Assembly (NCBI GenBank): GCA_013265495.1
Contig: MU057711.1
Coordinates: 1,364,001-1,428,000 of the forward strand
Source: Vicugna vicugna
Lineage: Eukaryota
Direction: 5' to 3'
DNA: 64,000 nucleotides
The notes beneath the pieces were generated by a model. It saw only the letters and a program-made list of their open reading frames with translations. It had not been told where the DNA came from and did not search any database. The position numbers and the translations under genes were made by a program. Shown here in pieces: positions 36,515-49,633 of the stretch; within the stretch, counting starts at the first letter, position 1; each line of letters starts with the position of its first letter.

Positions 36515-37060
36515 GTCAGTTAGGATTCCTTTGATAGCAAGTGTAAGAAAAACTGGCCCAACTGGCTGAAGCAGGAAAAGAAAAAAATGTATTGATTCAT
36601 TAGACCTTAGACACTGCTTGACCAGGGAGCAAATACCAGTCCTTAGTCTCTCATCCTCCACCCCGTCCTCTTTTCTCAGCTCTGCTTAATGGAAAAGGGG
36701 TCTGTTCTCAGGCAAACTCTCCCTCTGCGGTTTTAGCTGACTGCTGGAAACTCTCAAGACTACATACTTCCAGCTGAATTTGGTGGTAAAGAACGAGGAT
36801 CTTAGCCCAGCATTCCCAGCCAGAGCCCCTTTGCATCACATGCAGACTGGTTCGGGTAACCACATCCAGACCAATCATGGGGGAGAGATGGGGCGCACCG
36901 ACTGGCTTAAACCCCGGTGGTGCAGGGTTCTGCCTCTCAGCCGGGAGTGGAACCCATGACACAGAAGCACATGGGCTTAGAGTTGGGGGAAGGGCACTCT
37001 CCCTCAGGCAGAGGTTGGATGCCAAATGATACTCCGTGAATCGCACATTTTGCCCCATGC
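36515..37060 (-). mobile_element. MaLR LTR (MLT1K/L-like)
   Basis: TCAGTTAGGATTCCTTTGATAGCAAGTGTAAGAAAAACTGGCCCAACTGGCTGAAGC... Confidence 0.65.
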
Positions 37061-37339
37061 TGGGCCCTATGTTTAATGAGAGACGTGAACAAAATGGAAC
37101 AGACCCAGCAAAGAGTGATAAGGCTGATGAGGGAGAATTGAAATCCTGTCACATGGAGAAGAGTTGGAAGAAATGGGATTTCTTTGTGCAGAGAAGAGAA
37201 GGTAATGGGGAGCTGTAAACACTGTCACCAAGTGCCTGAGTGGGTGGGTAAGAGCTGCAGTCTCTCTGCCTCCGTGGCTGGTGGTGGGGGTGGTAGAGGG
37301 AAGACCTTTTGACACACACAGATTTTGGCTCAGTTGACC

Positions 37340-38075
37340 AAGTGGGGCCAAGTCACTACCCCCTCTTGCTAGAACCAGTTCAACAGCTACCCAGCTGTTT
37401 CTATCATTACCTCCCTGTTCCCCACCCTACAATCAGAGTAACCCTTCAAAGTCTCACTCGACTGCTGTCGCCCCTCTCCTTCACAACCTCCAATAGCTCC
37501 CCACCGTGATCAGTTAAATCTCCTAAGGTGTGCTTACCTGGTCACTCTCTGCTCGGCTCTTGGGCTCATCCCAGAGCCTGCTCTTCCTCACTCCTGCAGC
37601 TCCAAGCTCACTCCATACTAGATTTTTCTGTTTCTGCCAAACCATTTCCACCTCAGGGCCTTCGCACTTTCGATATGCTCTACCTGCAAGTCTCTGGTCC
37701 AGCTCCCTGTCACTAGTTCCATCTCATTAATCATATATCAGCTCAGATAATCCATTCTTTATCTCAGAAGGGTTTCCCTGAACAATTGGTACTAAGTAGC
37801 ACCCATCACCCCTTGTCCACACAGGTGTTCTCTGTTACCTTTCCTTGTTATACAGGATAATAGACACGCCTCTCTCTCTACAATTATCTCATTTATATGT
37901 TTTTTTTATTAACCTATGAACTATCTTCCTTCGTAAGATTGAAACACCCCTGCTGAATGCACTGCCTGAAACACCTTAAAAATAGGGGTCTAGCTTCTTT
38001 TGTTCGCTGCAGTATCCCGAGTGCCTAGAAGCGTATCTGGATTCAGGGGCTTTGTCATACGAATGCATGCGTGGA
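37340..38075 (+). mobile_element. L2 fragment
   Basis: CCTCAGGGCCTTCGCACTT...TTGTTCGCTGCAGTATCCCGAGTGCCTAGAA. Confidence 0.6.
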
Positions 38076-40129
38076 TCATTTCTACAGCTATTGGCCTGAT
38101 GAAGAAGTAGGTTTGTAACACTTGGGCGTATCAGAGGAGACTGAGTAAGTGCGCATCCAAGGTACATTTCTGCATCGAGCGGGGGCTACTTCCCAGGGGT
38201 TGCCCAGGCACAAGGAACCTGTTGTGTGCCCCACAACAAGTAAACCTTGGATGTAATTCCTCTGTTTTAGCCACTGGCCAAAAGGAAACTTATTCCAGGC
38301 CCATTGTGCTTGTTTCACGTGCTTTTTTAATTAAAGGCGCTCTGAGGAATTGTGCTAATCCTGCCAGTACCTGACTTCCTAATTCCCTTTCTCACTATGA
38401 AGGGAAGGTGTATTGGCCACTCTGGCCCCAACTGAGTTGTTTTCCAAGAGAAGAACTTTCAATCCTTCCATGCACAATAATGAAATATGATACAAAACAG
38501 GCCCGTGTCAATAAATCTACAGGAGAAAGGTCAGGTTTACACTGCTGGACGGGATTGGCAAATACATTTGTTCCTGCAATGTCTGTGTTTTAAATGCCAC
38601 CCTCTGATGAACCTGGTGCTGAAACACACTTTGGAGTTTGATGAGATGTCAGTTTGGCTCAGCCCTGATCAAATAAGATGAATGAAAGTGAAACAAGAAC
38701 AAAAATATTACTTCTGTCATTTTTTTAATGCATTACAGGAATTGGGTCAGTCGGGGAGATTTCTCTTAAACAAATACCAATCCCTCCACAATGTCACCCA
38801 TCGATCTGCCAGCCAACGGACAATGAGCGCTTTTGCGTAGGAAAGGGCACACAATTGGAAGAGCAAAGACCAGGGCAGCCCCCATATAATACCATCTCCT
38901 GCTTCAAATCTTCAAAATCCACCCAGCTGCCTTCCATTCCCACTTCAAATAATGCCATAGGAGAAGAGATTTCTCCCTGCATTGAGCAAACACAGTTAAA
39001 GAACAAGACAGAATTTCTCCTGCCAGGAAGAATTAGAATCATTAATTGTTCATGTATTCAACTTAAAACATGTCAACCAAAGAAGACCCAGAGACCTGCC
39101 TGACCCAGGCTGAGAGCCTTGAGGTTATGACATGAGGTCGAGGTAAACCAGGAAGGTGGATGAAACAACAGGAGACAATGGACGGTTGCGGGCACCTTGG
39201 ACTATGCCAACTAGGGGTTGCTGGAGGCCATCTTTGCCTCCATGTGGAAAGCCTGCATGGGAATGAAGCCAGCACAGAGCAAAGCAAAGCCAAGAGAGGA
39301 ATAGAGGGGAGCGCCTCATGACTTGAGCACCTGGATCTAGCCTTGGCCACAGCCCAGTGCTCTAGACTTTTCGTTTCCATGAGACAATACCTTTTCCTTC
39401 CTGTTGAAAATTTAAATGAGAAAAAAAGATAAAATGAAGATGTGGGTACTTGCCTGCCTGATTACACTGCAAGTGATCCTACAGTACCACATAGGACCTG
39501 ACATCATTTCTTCTGGAAAGGAAGGCTGACTCCATAACCAAGCCCCTGGACTTCACAGGGAGAAGTACACACAAGAACTTTACACCACTGCTCCCCCGGA
39601 CTACACCAACATAGAACCCGGGGCAATTGCTAACAGCTGGGATCCGAAAGGGACTATTGTGCTGATCTGTTGTGTTTATTCAGCCCTTCCCAACTTTAAA
39701 AATTCACCAAGAATCACTGTGGAAAGCAAATGGTTTCCATGCCCCATGAACAGAAAGGTTCCTAAACTCTCTTAGATGATATCTCTCTGAATGATAACAC
39801 ACAATTCATTGTTTTTTGTTTCCTTAGCTGTTTGCCTTTCATCTTCACCCAGCTGATGTGTAAGGTTTATGGAATCTTCTGCTATTCCATTCAACTGATA
39901 TTAGACCTGAGGGGAGGGAGCCAAGAGATACTCTTGATGGCAAGATGTTCAGGAATGCCTGAATTTTCTGGGATGATGGGTGGAGTACCACGAGATGTTC
40001 TGAGATCAAAGAGAAAACAGAAGGGGCGTTCACAATGGTGAAGGGAGAATATCATCAGTCTCCCCACTAATGTTACTCCCACTGCCTGACTTACACAGTG
40101 GATGTTACAGAACTAGCTGAGACTCAGGG

Positions 40130-40518
40130 TATCTTAGGTTTGGTTCCCTGACAAACAGACTGAGACAGAGATGTGCACGCAGGAAGTTGACTGGGGAGTG
40201 CCCACAAAGATCAACACCTGCTGGGGAGTGAAGGCAGCAGGAACTGGCAGAGGATGAAGTTGAATTGCTCTGCAGAGCTTTGGAGCTGAGTTGGCTCTCC
40301 AGAGTCATCTTGTCTCAAGGTAAGGGGGCTAGGCTATTACAGCCCGATCAGGAAGTCATTGGATGTAGGCTGCACATCCCTTCTCCAGACGGTGTGTGGT
40401 ATTGGGTGAGGACAGTGCCTGCAGAGGGACTCAGCTGATGTCATCAGCCTCCCAAACTTCCAGCAGCTGGAGAATGAGTGCCCCAGTCCTGAGGGGGAAA
40501 TCCATGTGGTGCACCACA
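40130..40518 (-). mobile_element. ERVL LTR (LTR16-like), probable 3' LTR of the adjacent internal region
   Basis: TATCTTAGGTTTGGTTCCC...AAACAGACTGAGACAGAGATGTGCACGCAGGAAGTTGACTGGGGAGTG...ATCAACACCTG. Confidence 0.7.
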
Positions 40519-42425
40519 AAACCCCAAAAACCATTATCCAAAGACCATTGCATTGTTTAGATCTACATTCCTTTATGTAACAAGTTCTTAGGACAGTTTC
40601 TCCAAGATTCTGATTGGTCTGCTTTGCTGGGGAAAATCACCGCAGGAAGGTTTAGTGGGAGAACTAAAGATCCTGCCACCGGAGCTGGTCTCGAGGCACA
40701 GCTGATACTCACTGCCTGCCTTCTCTGCCCATTCCAGATTCCCCTCATCCTTGGATTAGCGCATCTGCTGGTCTGGTGGCTTACCTGATAGGTGACCCAG
40801 ACCCTCATTCCCGAGGGGTCCCATACCCTAACCAGGTTGAGGATGCTTTAGTTCTTCACTTACCATCAAAACTAGGAAAGGAAGTACCAAAAGACACTTC
40901 AATAGATCACCTGGATGCCTTACAAATTCTTTTCTGCTGCCATTTGTAATATCAGCCTGACCTCCACCAGGTGATCAGGGTCAATATCTCTGCTAGAATG
41001 GCCTCCACTATGTGACTGCTTGTCTCTTGGCTTGAGGAATCCGAAGTAACTAAGCAGCAGTCATACCTTAAAATTGAACGAGCCTCCCACTGTGTCATCT
41101 AGTGGAAGCATTCATTCCCTTTCTCAGAGTGAGGACCTCTAACTCCATAGAATGCAGAGTTACAGGGACAGGAATACAAATTCCTCCAGTAGGACCACTG
41201 GCAACCATGGTAAGTAGGACCACTCCTGCTTTCACCCCTTAGTTCCCAGATCCATGAATTCCACCTATTGGAAACATAACATCATATAATAATAACCATT
41301 GATTCAGGTATCTACTGTGATCTGCGGACAATGCCTCCATTCTCCTAGGGTATCATCATCAAACTGGTGTCTTAGGTGTACTTTGAAAAGGCCTTCCCAA
41401 AGCTTTCTGATGGATGCAGTTTTGATAGGAGACCAGAAGATCTCATGGCCATGGGCTCATTCCAATACCTCTTTTGCTGTAAAGCAGGCCCTTATTCTGG
41501 GGCAGTATAATGTGGGATCCCACATCAAAGAATTAGGTACTCAGCTTCAGGTAGAGGTAATGCTCAAGGTCTTGAGAGCAGTAAAAGCAGACTTCTACCC
41601 AGAATATGTGTGAATTCCAGCCAAGGCAAATCACTGCTCCTTCTGGGTAGAAGAGGTCCAACATAATCAACTTCCCGCTGTTTAATGACTGGTTCCCACA
41701 AGGGATGGTGCCGTACTGGGGACTCATTCTTGGTCTTAATTGCTACCAGGTTGACATTTGGCAGTGGTAATAATTAGATCAGTGTTGGTCAATGCGAGCC
41801 CAGGCTGTTGGGCGCATGCTTAGCCTCAGTTCCTGCCATTGTGGCTACTCCACCTGTGTGCCCACTTACGGCAGAGGCTAAGTGATGTCACTTGTTGAGG
41901 ACAAGTCTTTCTGTTTAGTTGGCTGCTTAGTAGCTTGTCCATGATGGGTCTCTCTAATGAGCAACAAAAACCTGACACTTCATATCTGCATGCATCACAT
42001 GCCTCTTCCCCCAGCCAACTTGACCCTGATCTTTCCATTTTTCTCCTAGACCCCTGACCCAGCCCTTTGTCCAGGAGTCCACATATATGCATTCTCAACT
42101 CGCACCCCTTTTCTTTTCACTCAAAGTGAATAATCCAGCACAATGTCCAATATTCTACCAACTGGGAGGCTTTCCTTCTCATTTCTATTTTACATGAACC
42201 CCTCTTGTTGGGGCCGCCATTTAGCAGAAGCCCATTTTTTCTCACCCTGACATACCAAGTGAGTGCATCCATGAGCCAAGCTCAGCCTTTTCTTCTCCCA
42301 TCAGCTGGTCATAAAGAACTCCCATGTGGCCATAGGTATGAGCTGAGAGAGTGGTGCCTTAGCAGTGCAATAGTTATGATGATGTGAGGGTTCTGGGTAC
42401 TTGTACATCTGTCCCTCATCATGGC
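40519..42425 (-). pseudogene. Decayed ERV-L internal region: RNase H, integrase and dUTPase-like pol remnants
   Basis: Minus-strand peptides WAHRWSSHNGRN (integrase zinc finger), SPQYGTIP (41727), PIGGIHGSGN*GV (~41271-41233) and DIDPDHLVEVRLILQ (40944-40988, dUTPase motif 3-like); many stops and frameshifts. Confidence 0.85.
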
Positions 42426-42459
42426 TGGTTATCTTATAATTGTGATAATGACTTTTATT

Positions 42460-42860
42460 TGTTAAACAGAGCTCATTTCCATCTGGGAACACAGCTAGGT
42501 TACATTTCCCCACCTCCTTGGCAGTTATGTGTGGCCATGTGACTGAGTTCTGGCCAATGAGATGTGCACAAATGGAAATTGGCTACTTCCGGTCCTGGTC
42601 CGTAAAAACCATTCCATGTGCAAGCTTCTCTCTCTTCTCCTGTCTTCTAGCTGAATTTAGAGGATGCAGCAGGGCAATCCAGGACCACAGAGGACAGTAA
42701 AGCTATAAGGCAGAAGGATTCTGTGTCCCTGGTGACTTCATAAAAGGTCATCAACCAAATACCCACAGGGCATTATATGATTGAGAAATAAAATCCTACT
42801 GTGTTAGGCCCCTGAGATTTTAAGATTGTTTATTACAACGATTCACCTGCCTGGATTAAG
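42460..42860 (+). mobile_element. MaLR LTR (MLT1-type)
   Basis: TACATTTCCCCACCTCCTTGGCAGTTATGTGTGGCCATGTGACTGAGTTCTGGCCAATGAGATG...GAGAAATAAAATCCTACTGTGTTAGGCCCCTGAGATTT. Confidence 0.8.
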
Positions 42861-43822
42861 ATCATAAGTTATCCCAGGATTCTAAGGCTTTTTAAGGATT
42901 GTTGTGCTAATGACGTACAACCTAAGGGAAAAATAGAAAAAGTTAGTCCACACACAGCTTACTCTGAACACCTGGATCTCGCTGTGCACCTTTTCGAGGA
43001 GTGTTGGTCTTCTTTGACTGCCTTAGGCAACAGAGTGGTGTGCAGCCTCAGGTCACACTGTGGGTTCAAATGCCTTCAGGAAAATCACTTAACATGTTTG
43101 TGCTCAGTTTTCTCATCTACACAATGTGTGTAATAATATTATTTCCTTCCTTGGGATCCTGTGATATTTTGATGAAAACGGATCGGCAAAGTGCTCAACA
43201 CTGTGGCTGACACATCATGATACATAAAATGACTTTCACTACTATTGATCACCATCTTTCAGCCTATGAGGTAGGAGGGGACCTTTATTCCTATTTCCCA
43301 GATTGGGAATTTGGGCCTGTAGGAGTTTCCAATAAGAAAATAGCCCAGACTGGACCTCAGATGTTGCAACTTCTGATTTCTTACTACTCTCTGCACCACA
43401 GCCACGTTCCCTCTATTTCTCAGACAGCTGTTCTGTGATGACACTCGCAGTCCCCCAGAGATGGTTACACTGCTTCGTGCTGAGTGCCTTTTCTGAGGAA
43501 GTCTGCTGTGGCAGAGCTGATGCTGAGCTGAGAGCTCTCACTGCTCAGGGACCATGTCACTGCATGTCACCACGAGGCTTGCAGGAAGGTGTGCTCCTCG
43601 CTGCCTGCGCCCTCCCTGCCCTGCTCCCCATCATTCATCCTCCTCCCAGCAGCCAGGTCTGCACGTGGACCAGGGCACCTTCGTAGCATCTCCTCCAAGA
43701 ACCAGGACTGAAGTCACATGGGAGGACTCTCCCTGAGGACACATGCAGATACTTAGTGATTACTATGCCTCAGACGACAATATTAAAGAGGCAGAGTGGT
43801 ATAGCAGGTGGGGAGTGGTTAC

Positions 43823-44710
43823 TGTCAGATTCTTTCGGTTGCAGATCACTTACGCACAACTCAAACTAGCGTAAGTGAGCGCGCTCTCTCTCTCTCCTTC
43901 TACACACACACACACACTCAAACCACACACACCACACACTGGTGCTATGGTTTGAATGTTGGCGTTCCCCTTCCCTCCCAAATTCCCATGTTGAGAGTCT
44001 AATGCCCCAGGTGATGGTATTAGGAGTTACGGCTCTTGGGAAGTGCTTAGCTCATGAAAGAGACTGGTGCTTTACGAAAGTGGTGAGAGAGCCCTAGCCT
44101 CTCCCATCACGTGAAGACACAGCAAGAAGGTACCAGCTATGAACCGGGAAGTGGGCTAGACACTGAATCTGCCAGCATCTTTGTCTTGGACTCCCAGCCT
44201 CCAGAACTGTGAGAGATAAATTTCTGTTGTCTGTAAGCTACCCAGTCTCTGGTATTTTGCCCTAGCAGCTCAGACTTAGACAACTGCTGGATCCAGGGAG
44301 CTCAAATGTTCGTCTTGGGACCTGGCCTCACACTCTCTCTCGTTTCCAGTTTTCCTTGTGTTATGTCCATTCTCAAGCAGGAGATCCTCTTCAGGTGGCC
44401 ACCAGACAATCCATTTAGAAAGAGAGATCGTTTTCAGTAACTTCAACCAAAGTCCCATGACTGAATCTGACTGCCTCCAGTTGGGTCATGTGATCCTCCC
44501 AGAGCTAATTACTGTAGTCAGGGTGTGTGGTGTTCTGATTGGCCAGGCATGGGTCACATGCTCTCCTCTGGGGCTGAAGTGCAGCCCCATACGTTTGAAG
44601 CACATGGACTGACAATGGGAGCAATGTGGTTCTATAAGGAAGGCTAGGGGCAATGTTGCTGGAAGGGAAAAGGAACCTGGCTTGGCAGGAGAAATAGATG
44701 TTCATTACAC
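43823..44710 (-). mobile_element. Old MaLR LTR (MLT1K/L-like) interrupted by a younger LTR
   Basis: TGTCAGATTCTTTCGGTTGCAGAT...CAACTCAAACTAGC to the left; CTGATTGGCCAGGCATGGGTCACATGC to the right. Confidence 0.6.
43943..44282 (+). mobile_element. MaLR solo LTR (MLT1A/MST-like)
   Basis: TGCTATGGTTTGAATGT...CCAGCCTCCAGAACTGTGAGAGATAAATTTCTGTTG...AGACTTAGACA; 5-bp TSD ACTGG/ACTGC. Confidence 0.88.
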
Positions 44711-45656
44711 CTGAGATCTGTCCATTACACTTGGAGTCTAGTGTCTAGTCCTACCTTTAACCAATTCAAGTGAGTCATTTTTTCCCTTTGTTGCTGTTTC
44801 TTCAAGGCTGAAGTTTGTCTCTCGAATGCTAAGCTTCTGTACTTCTGCTCAGATATTTCCCAAGGTATTCACTTTGTCATACACTGCAGGGTTCAAAAGT
44901 AACTGAACTTTGCATTGGTGTGCAATCATTATCTTCTTATCTTAGGGTAGAAAATAGACTAATCAAATTCTTAAACTACCTCACATCAAGTAGCGTCATG
45001 TAACTTTTCTATTTTTCCTTGATCTAAGGAAATGCCCCCTTCTTTAAATATCAGTAGCTGGTGTTGGTTTTGGATTTGTTTTATGTAACCGTCCCCATGG
45101 GGTCTCAGTTGGGTTCCAATTTTTGAACTGGTAGGATTGCTTTAGAAAGCATGATCTTTATGACAGAAAACATTCTGTGTGCTTCTAAAATACAGGAAAG
45201 CTGCTTAGATAACAGAAGGGTTATTAAAAGGTATGGGTTCTCATTGTTAATATTTTCCACTATATAATCATCATCGTCGTCGCTTATCAATGCTTGAGCA
45301 TTTCCCAGATGCCAAACATGGTGCTCAGTGTTCTGCACACATGATCTCATTTTAGTCTCTCAAGTCTGGGTGGTCCAGATTCCTGTTTCTTCCTCCCTTC
45401 CCCTCTCCCCATCAACACCATTCAATTTTTTTCCACCAGCGACTCTGTCTTTTCCAATATATAACCCACCCTCTTCTCTGGCTTCTCTGTTTATTTTTCT
45501 CCCAGATTTATCCATTGTTTCCATCGGCATCACAACAGACCCTGTTGATAAATGGGTAACACATACTTCTTTTGAAAGCAGGAGGTAGAGAGTGCACCAA
45601 ACCCATTGCTCCTTGGGCCAGAGGTGGTTCCCCTCAAAAACCAAAAGCCGTGCTCA

Positions 45657-45798
45657 GGGGGGAGGGTATAGCTTAAATAGTAGAGCACATGCTTAGCGTA
45701 CACAAGGTCCTGGGTTCAATCCCCAGTACTTCCTCCAAAAACAAATAAGTAAATCTAGTTACCTACCCCCCTAAAAAAAGTAAATAAATACGTAAGTT
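45657..45798 (+). mobile_element. tRNA-derived SINE (camelid Vic-1-like) with 14-bp TSD
   Basis: GGGGGGAGGGTATAGCTTAAATAGTAGAGC...GGTCCTGGGTTCAATCCCCAGTAC; TSD AAAAGCC(G/A)TGCTCA at 45643-45656 and 45799-45812. Confidence 0.92.
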
Positions 45799-47309
45799 AA
45801 AAGCCATGCTCACTTGCAGAGGCAGGGCAGAAAAATCCAGAACATGGGTACCACATCACCACTGCTGCCCGCAGCAGTGCTGTGCAGGCAGGGAGGCTGT
45901 GCTGACCTATGGGAATAACCTTTCCCGTGCTGGATATCCATGGAGCTGGGCAGGGCCAGCAATCTAAAAGCAACCAACAAACAAAAGTAGTTAGAGGAAA
46001 ATAATTTAGCTGGGTATCCTCAGTGCCTGACATTCATATGTTTGTATTTGTATGCCAGCAAGCCCTTAATAAATACATTCTCTTTTGTCCTGTGGAAATA
46101 GTCTGTAAATAAATAACAAGACACCCCACTTCTGCTGACTAATCATTTTTCCTTTCTATCCGGGTACCAGCTGCTCTTATAAATGACTTTAATTTACGGT
46201 GCATTATGTCTCCTTGTATTTCTTGCCTCGAAATCCCTGTGCAATATTTCGGATCATTTCCCATGGTAGTTTAAGAGTCTTTAACCTTTTCAGTGAGGCA
46301 TGTGTGGTGGGGGAAGTATAAAAGTGTGTTTGTGTGATGTAGACGTGTGCATTTGAGAACATCATCTACATATTTCATTCTATCATTTCAAAATGGATCA
46401 ACTGACCTATGTCAGTTTTGCCAGGTGTCTGGTAGCTGTTATGTTTCCATTAATAGCAGCTGTATTTTCTTGGTGTAAGTTAGTCCCCAAATGACTGAAG
46501 CCACAGCCAACCAACCCCTTTGGTGTGAATGAGGAAGCAGGGACTGAGGTGGGACTGGGAAAGTCCATTGCTGAAGCCAAGGAAGATATCCTTGATCAGC
46601 TTTATCACTCACCTCAGTGTAATTCTCTTTGAAAACTCATTTGAAGTTTTCACCAGAAAACACCCAACTGCACTAATCAACATAAAGCAAAATAATAACC
46701 ACTGTTTATTGAGCACCTTCTGCATGCAGAGTCCTCTCTTTGCACAGCATCATTAATCTTCACAAAGAAGCCCTAGCAGGTGGACATTATTACCCTTACC
46801 ATTTGATAGGTGAGGAAACTGAAGCCCAGAGAAGTGAAGTCTTCTCCCTAGATCACAGAGATAGTTTCAAAAGCTCAGCTGTGTTTTGATCTGACGCCAA
46901 AGCCTGCCTCTGAAACTCTGGCCAGTATGGCCAGACTCTGGTTTCTAGATGGTGGGAGAATATGAATTTTGCACATAATACCAGGGTCTTCTGCCAGGAA
47001 CATGGGTGCTTTACTTCTGGCTTGGTCCCCCACTGATTCGCCAAAAGTCTCTGCTGCCCCCTCCATGGCAGGTCTGAGCAGGGCACTGAGGCCATGGAGC
47101 TGAATGCTACTGGCCTGGCTCCCAAGAGTCTCATGGTGAGCCTCTAGATAAGCCAAAGATAACCCCACCCACAGCAAGATGGGAGTCCATTGATCCATTC
47201 ATGCAGCAAATATGCATTAAACTCTGTGCAAGCACTACTGTAAGCACAGAGGCTACAAGACAGACAGTAGCCCTGAGCTCACTCTAGACACATTAGGAAC
47301 ATAAGATCC

Positions 47310-47932
47310 AACCATTAAAAGGACTCCACATTAATTTTCCATTATTCCCACAGGTCAGAAGTCCAGGGAGTGTCTCACAATGTGTCAGTCAGCTGGGTTC
47401 TTATCAGGAGGCTCAGGGAAGGAGGTGGGAGAATATAGCTCAGTGGTAGAATGTATGCCTAGAATGCACAAGGTCCTGGGCTCAATCCCCAGTATTTCCA
47501 TTAAAATAAATAAATGAACTTAATTATCTTCCCACCAAAAAGAAAAATTGAAATAAGAGGCTCTGGGAAGAATCTTCTGGCAAGTTCACTCAGGTTGTTG
47601 CCATAATCCCATTTCTTATGGTTGTAGGACTGAAGTTCCTGTGTCCTTGTTGCTGGCTGGGGACTGCACTCAGCTTCTCGAGGCTGCCCGCATTCTTTTA
47701 CTCAGGCTGCTTCTTGTGCTTTGAATCTGTCCGACTTTCTCTTCTGTTCCTATCCTCTGCTTTTTAAGGGCTCATATGATTATATTGTGTCCACTTGGAG
47801 AATCCAAGATAATCTTCCTGTTTTAAGATCAACTCCCTATATTTGCAAGTTTCCTTTGCCATATAGCTAACATACACATAGCATGAAATCAGGGGACAAT
47901 AGTCATGGGAGCCAAAAATCCTTCCTGGCACA
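47310..47932 (-). mobile_element. MaLR LTR (MLT1-type) split by a SINE
   Basis: AGGTCAGAAGTCCA...CAAGTTCACTCAGGTTGTTG...GGTTGTAGGACTGAAG...TTTTAAGGGCTCATATGATTA. Confidence 0.7.
47424..47556 (+). mobile_element. tRNA-derived SINE (camelid Vic-1-like)
   Basis: TATAGCTCAGTGGTAGAATG...GGTCCTGGGCTCAATCCCCAGTA; TSD GAGGCTC(A/T)GGGAAG(G/A)A at 47408-47423 and 47557-47572. Confidence 0.9.
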
Positions 47933-47959
47933 GGCTTTCATAGCAAAAGTAACGTCACA

Positions 47960-48480
47960 GCCATTCATCCGGCAAATACGAAGCACTCACAACACAGCAG
48001 GCCCTAGTCTCATGCTGATTATATAACCGTGAGCAAACAGACAGAAATCCTTGGCCTCTTGGAGCTTTTATTTTAATGAGGAAAGACACCAATAGACAGG
48101 ATAAATAATAAAATATGCACTGTATCGAGTATTGCTACATACTATGGAGAAAAGCAAATCAGGGGAGAGGCTAGGGTGGGCTTGGGGGACGTGGTTGTAG
48201 TTTGAAATAGGGTGGTCAGGGAAGGGCTCGTGCAGAAACTGACTTATGAGCCAAGACCTGGAGGAGGGGAGCGAGCAAGCCATGCACGTAAGTGTGAAAG
48301 AATGTTCTAGAAAGAAATAACAGCAGGCACAACGATGCTGAAACGGATGCATGCCCATCTCATTCAAGGAATGGCAAGAAAGGCTGTGTGGCTGGAACAG
48401 TGAGGGGTGGAGTGGGAGCTCATAGATAGTCAGCACCAGAGCAGACAGGACCTTCTAACGCTTGGGATGTTACATGAAGT
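47960..48480 (-). mobile_element. L2 fragment
   Basis: TTTGAAATAGGGTGGTCAGGGAAGGGCTC...GAGCCAAGACCTGGAGGAG...GGCTGTGTGGCTGGAACAG. Confidence 0.75.
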
Positions 48481-48528
48481 GCTGTGTGGAGAGGGAGGCG
48501 TGGATTTAAGGTCTGTTGTCAGGGAAGA

Positions 48529-49035
48529 TGTATTGGCCATCTATTTCTGCTTAACAAAGTAGCAGTTTAAAACCAAAAACTTTTCTTTTCTCAATTTCTA
48601 TGGGTCAGGAATCTGGAAGTGGATTATCTGAGGTGATTCTGGTTCAAGATCTCTCCCAGGCTGCAGTCAAGTTGTCAGCTGGGTCTGCAGTCATCTGAGG
48701 CTTGACTGAAGCTGGGGAATTCGCTCCAGAGTCCACTCATGCAACTGGCTGGAAGCTCCAGCTCCTGCTGTGTAGGTCTCTCTGTAGGGCAGCTGGACTC
48801 GCCTCACAGCATGGCATCTGGATTCCCCCAGAGCAAGAGATCTGAGAGAAGGGGGGGGGAGCCACACTGCCTTTTATGATCTAGTCTCTGAAATACACAC
48901 ACACACACTCCCACCTTATTCTATTCTTTAGATGCAAGTCACTAAGTCCAACCCCCATTCATGGGGAGAGACTACACAGGACTTTAAATACCGAGTGGAG
49001 GGTATCATTGGAGAAAATCTTGGAGGCTGGGTATC
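48529..49035 (-). mobile_element. MaLR LTR (MLT1F/G-like)
   Basis: TTTCTATGGGTCAGGAATCTGGAAGTGG...GCTGCAGTCAAGTTGTCAGCTGGGTCTGCAGTCATCTGAGGCTTGACTG...GCAAGTCACTAAGTCCA. Confidence 0.8.
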
Positions 49036-49633
49036 AAAGACGGCTTCCCAAGAAGTAGTATATTTGATCTGAGGGCCCAGTGATGAGAACAAGCCTGCCA
49101 GCCCTTCCAAGGGAAGATCAAGAGTCACGGCCTTGAGACGGCAGTCAGCCTGAGGAACCAGCACCTCCATATAAGGCAGATGAGGGAGGAAGGGACTGGA
49201 GCAGACCTCGGTTCTTTCAATTCTGACACGTCTCAGACTGATGGTGCATCCTCCACTTCTTCCCACATTTCCTTTCCTCCTCCCCGACTTCATTTCCAAG
49301 CAGGCACTGATGTTCAGATTTGGAATCACACACCAGGGCATTTCTGACCCTTGTTCTCAGGCTGTTCTCCCACCAGCATGCCTCCGCCCTCTTCCCACTT
49401 CCCTAAATGCCGACTACACTTCAAGTCCCATTCCAGCCACTGCCTTCTCCCAGAAGCCTCCTCTGATGCTCTCACCCATCCTGTCCCCTTTCTCTGATCA
49501 GATAAATGCCTTGCAGATGTCAAATAGACATGTCTGTTTCCTTTCTATTTGCTGCTCATATCTCCAATTCCATTGTAGACTCCCATAGATCAGGGAAAGC
49601 ATTTGATTCATTTCTGCCATTTCTAAAGCCCCC

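Noticed and set aside
45657..45735. Possible tRNA genes here, at 47424 and at 32252
   Set aside because: Each tRNA-like head carries a shared non-tRNA A-rich tail, and two have TSDs, so they are SINEs.
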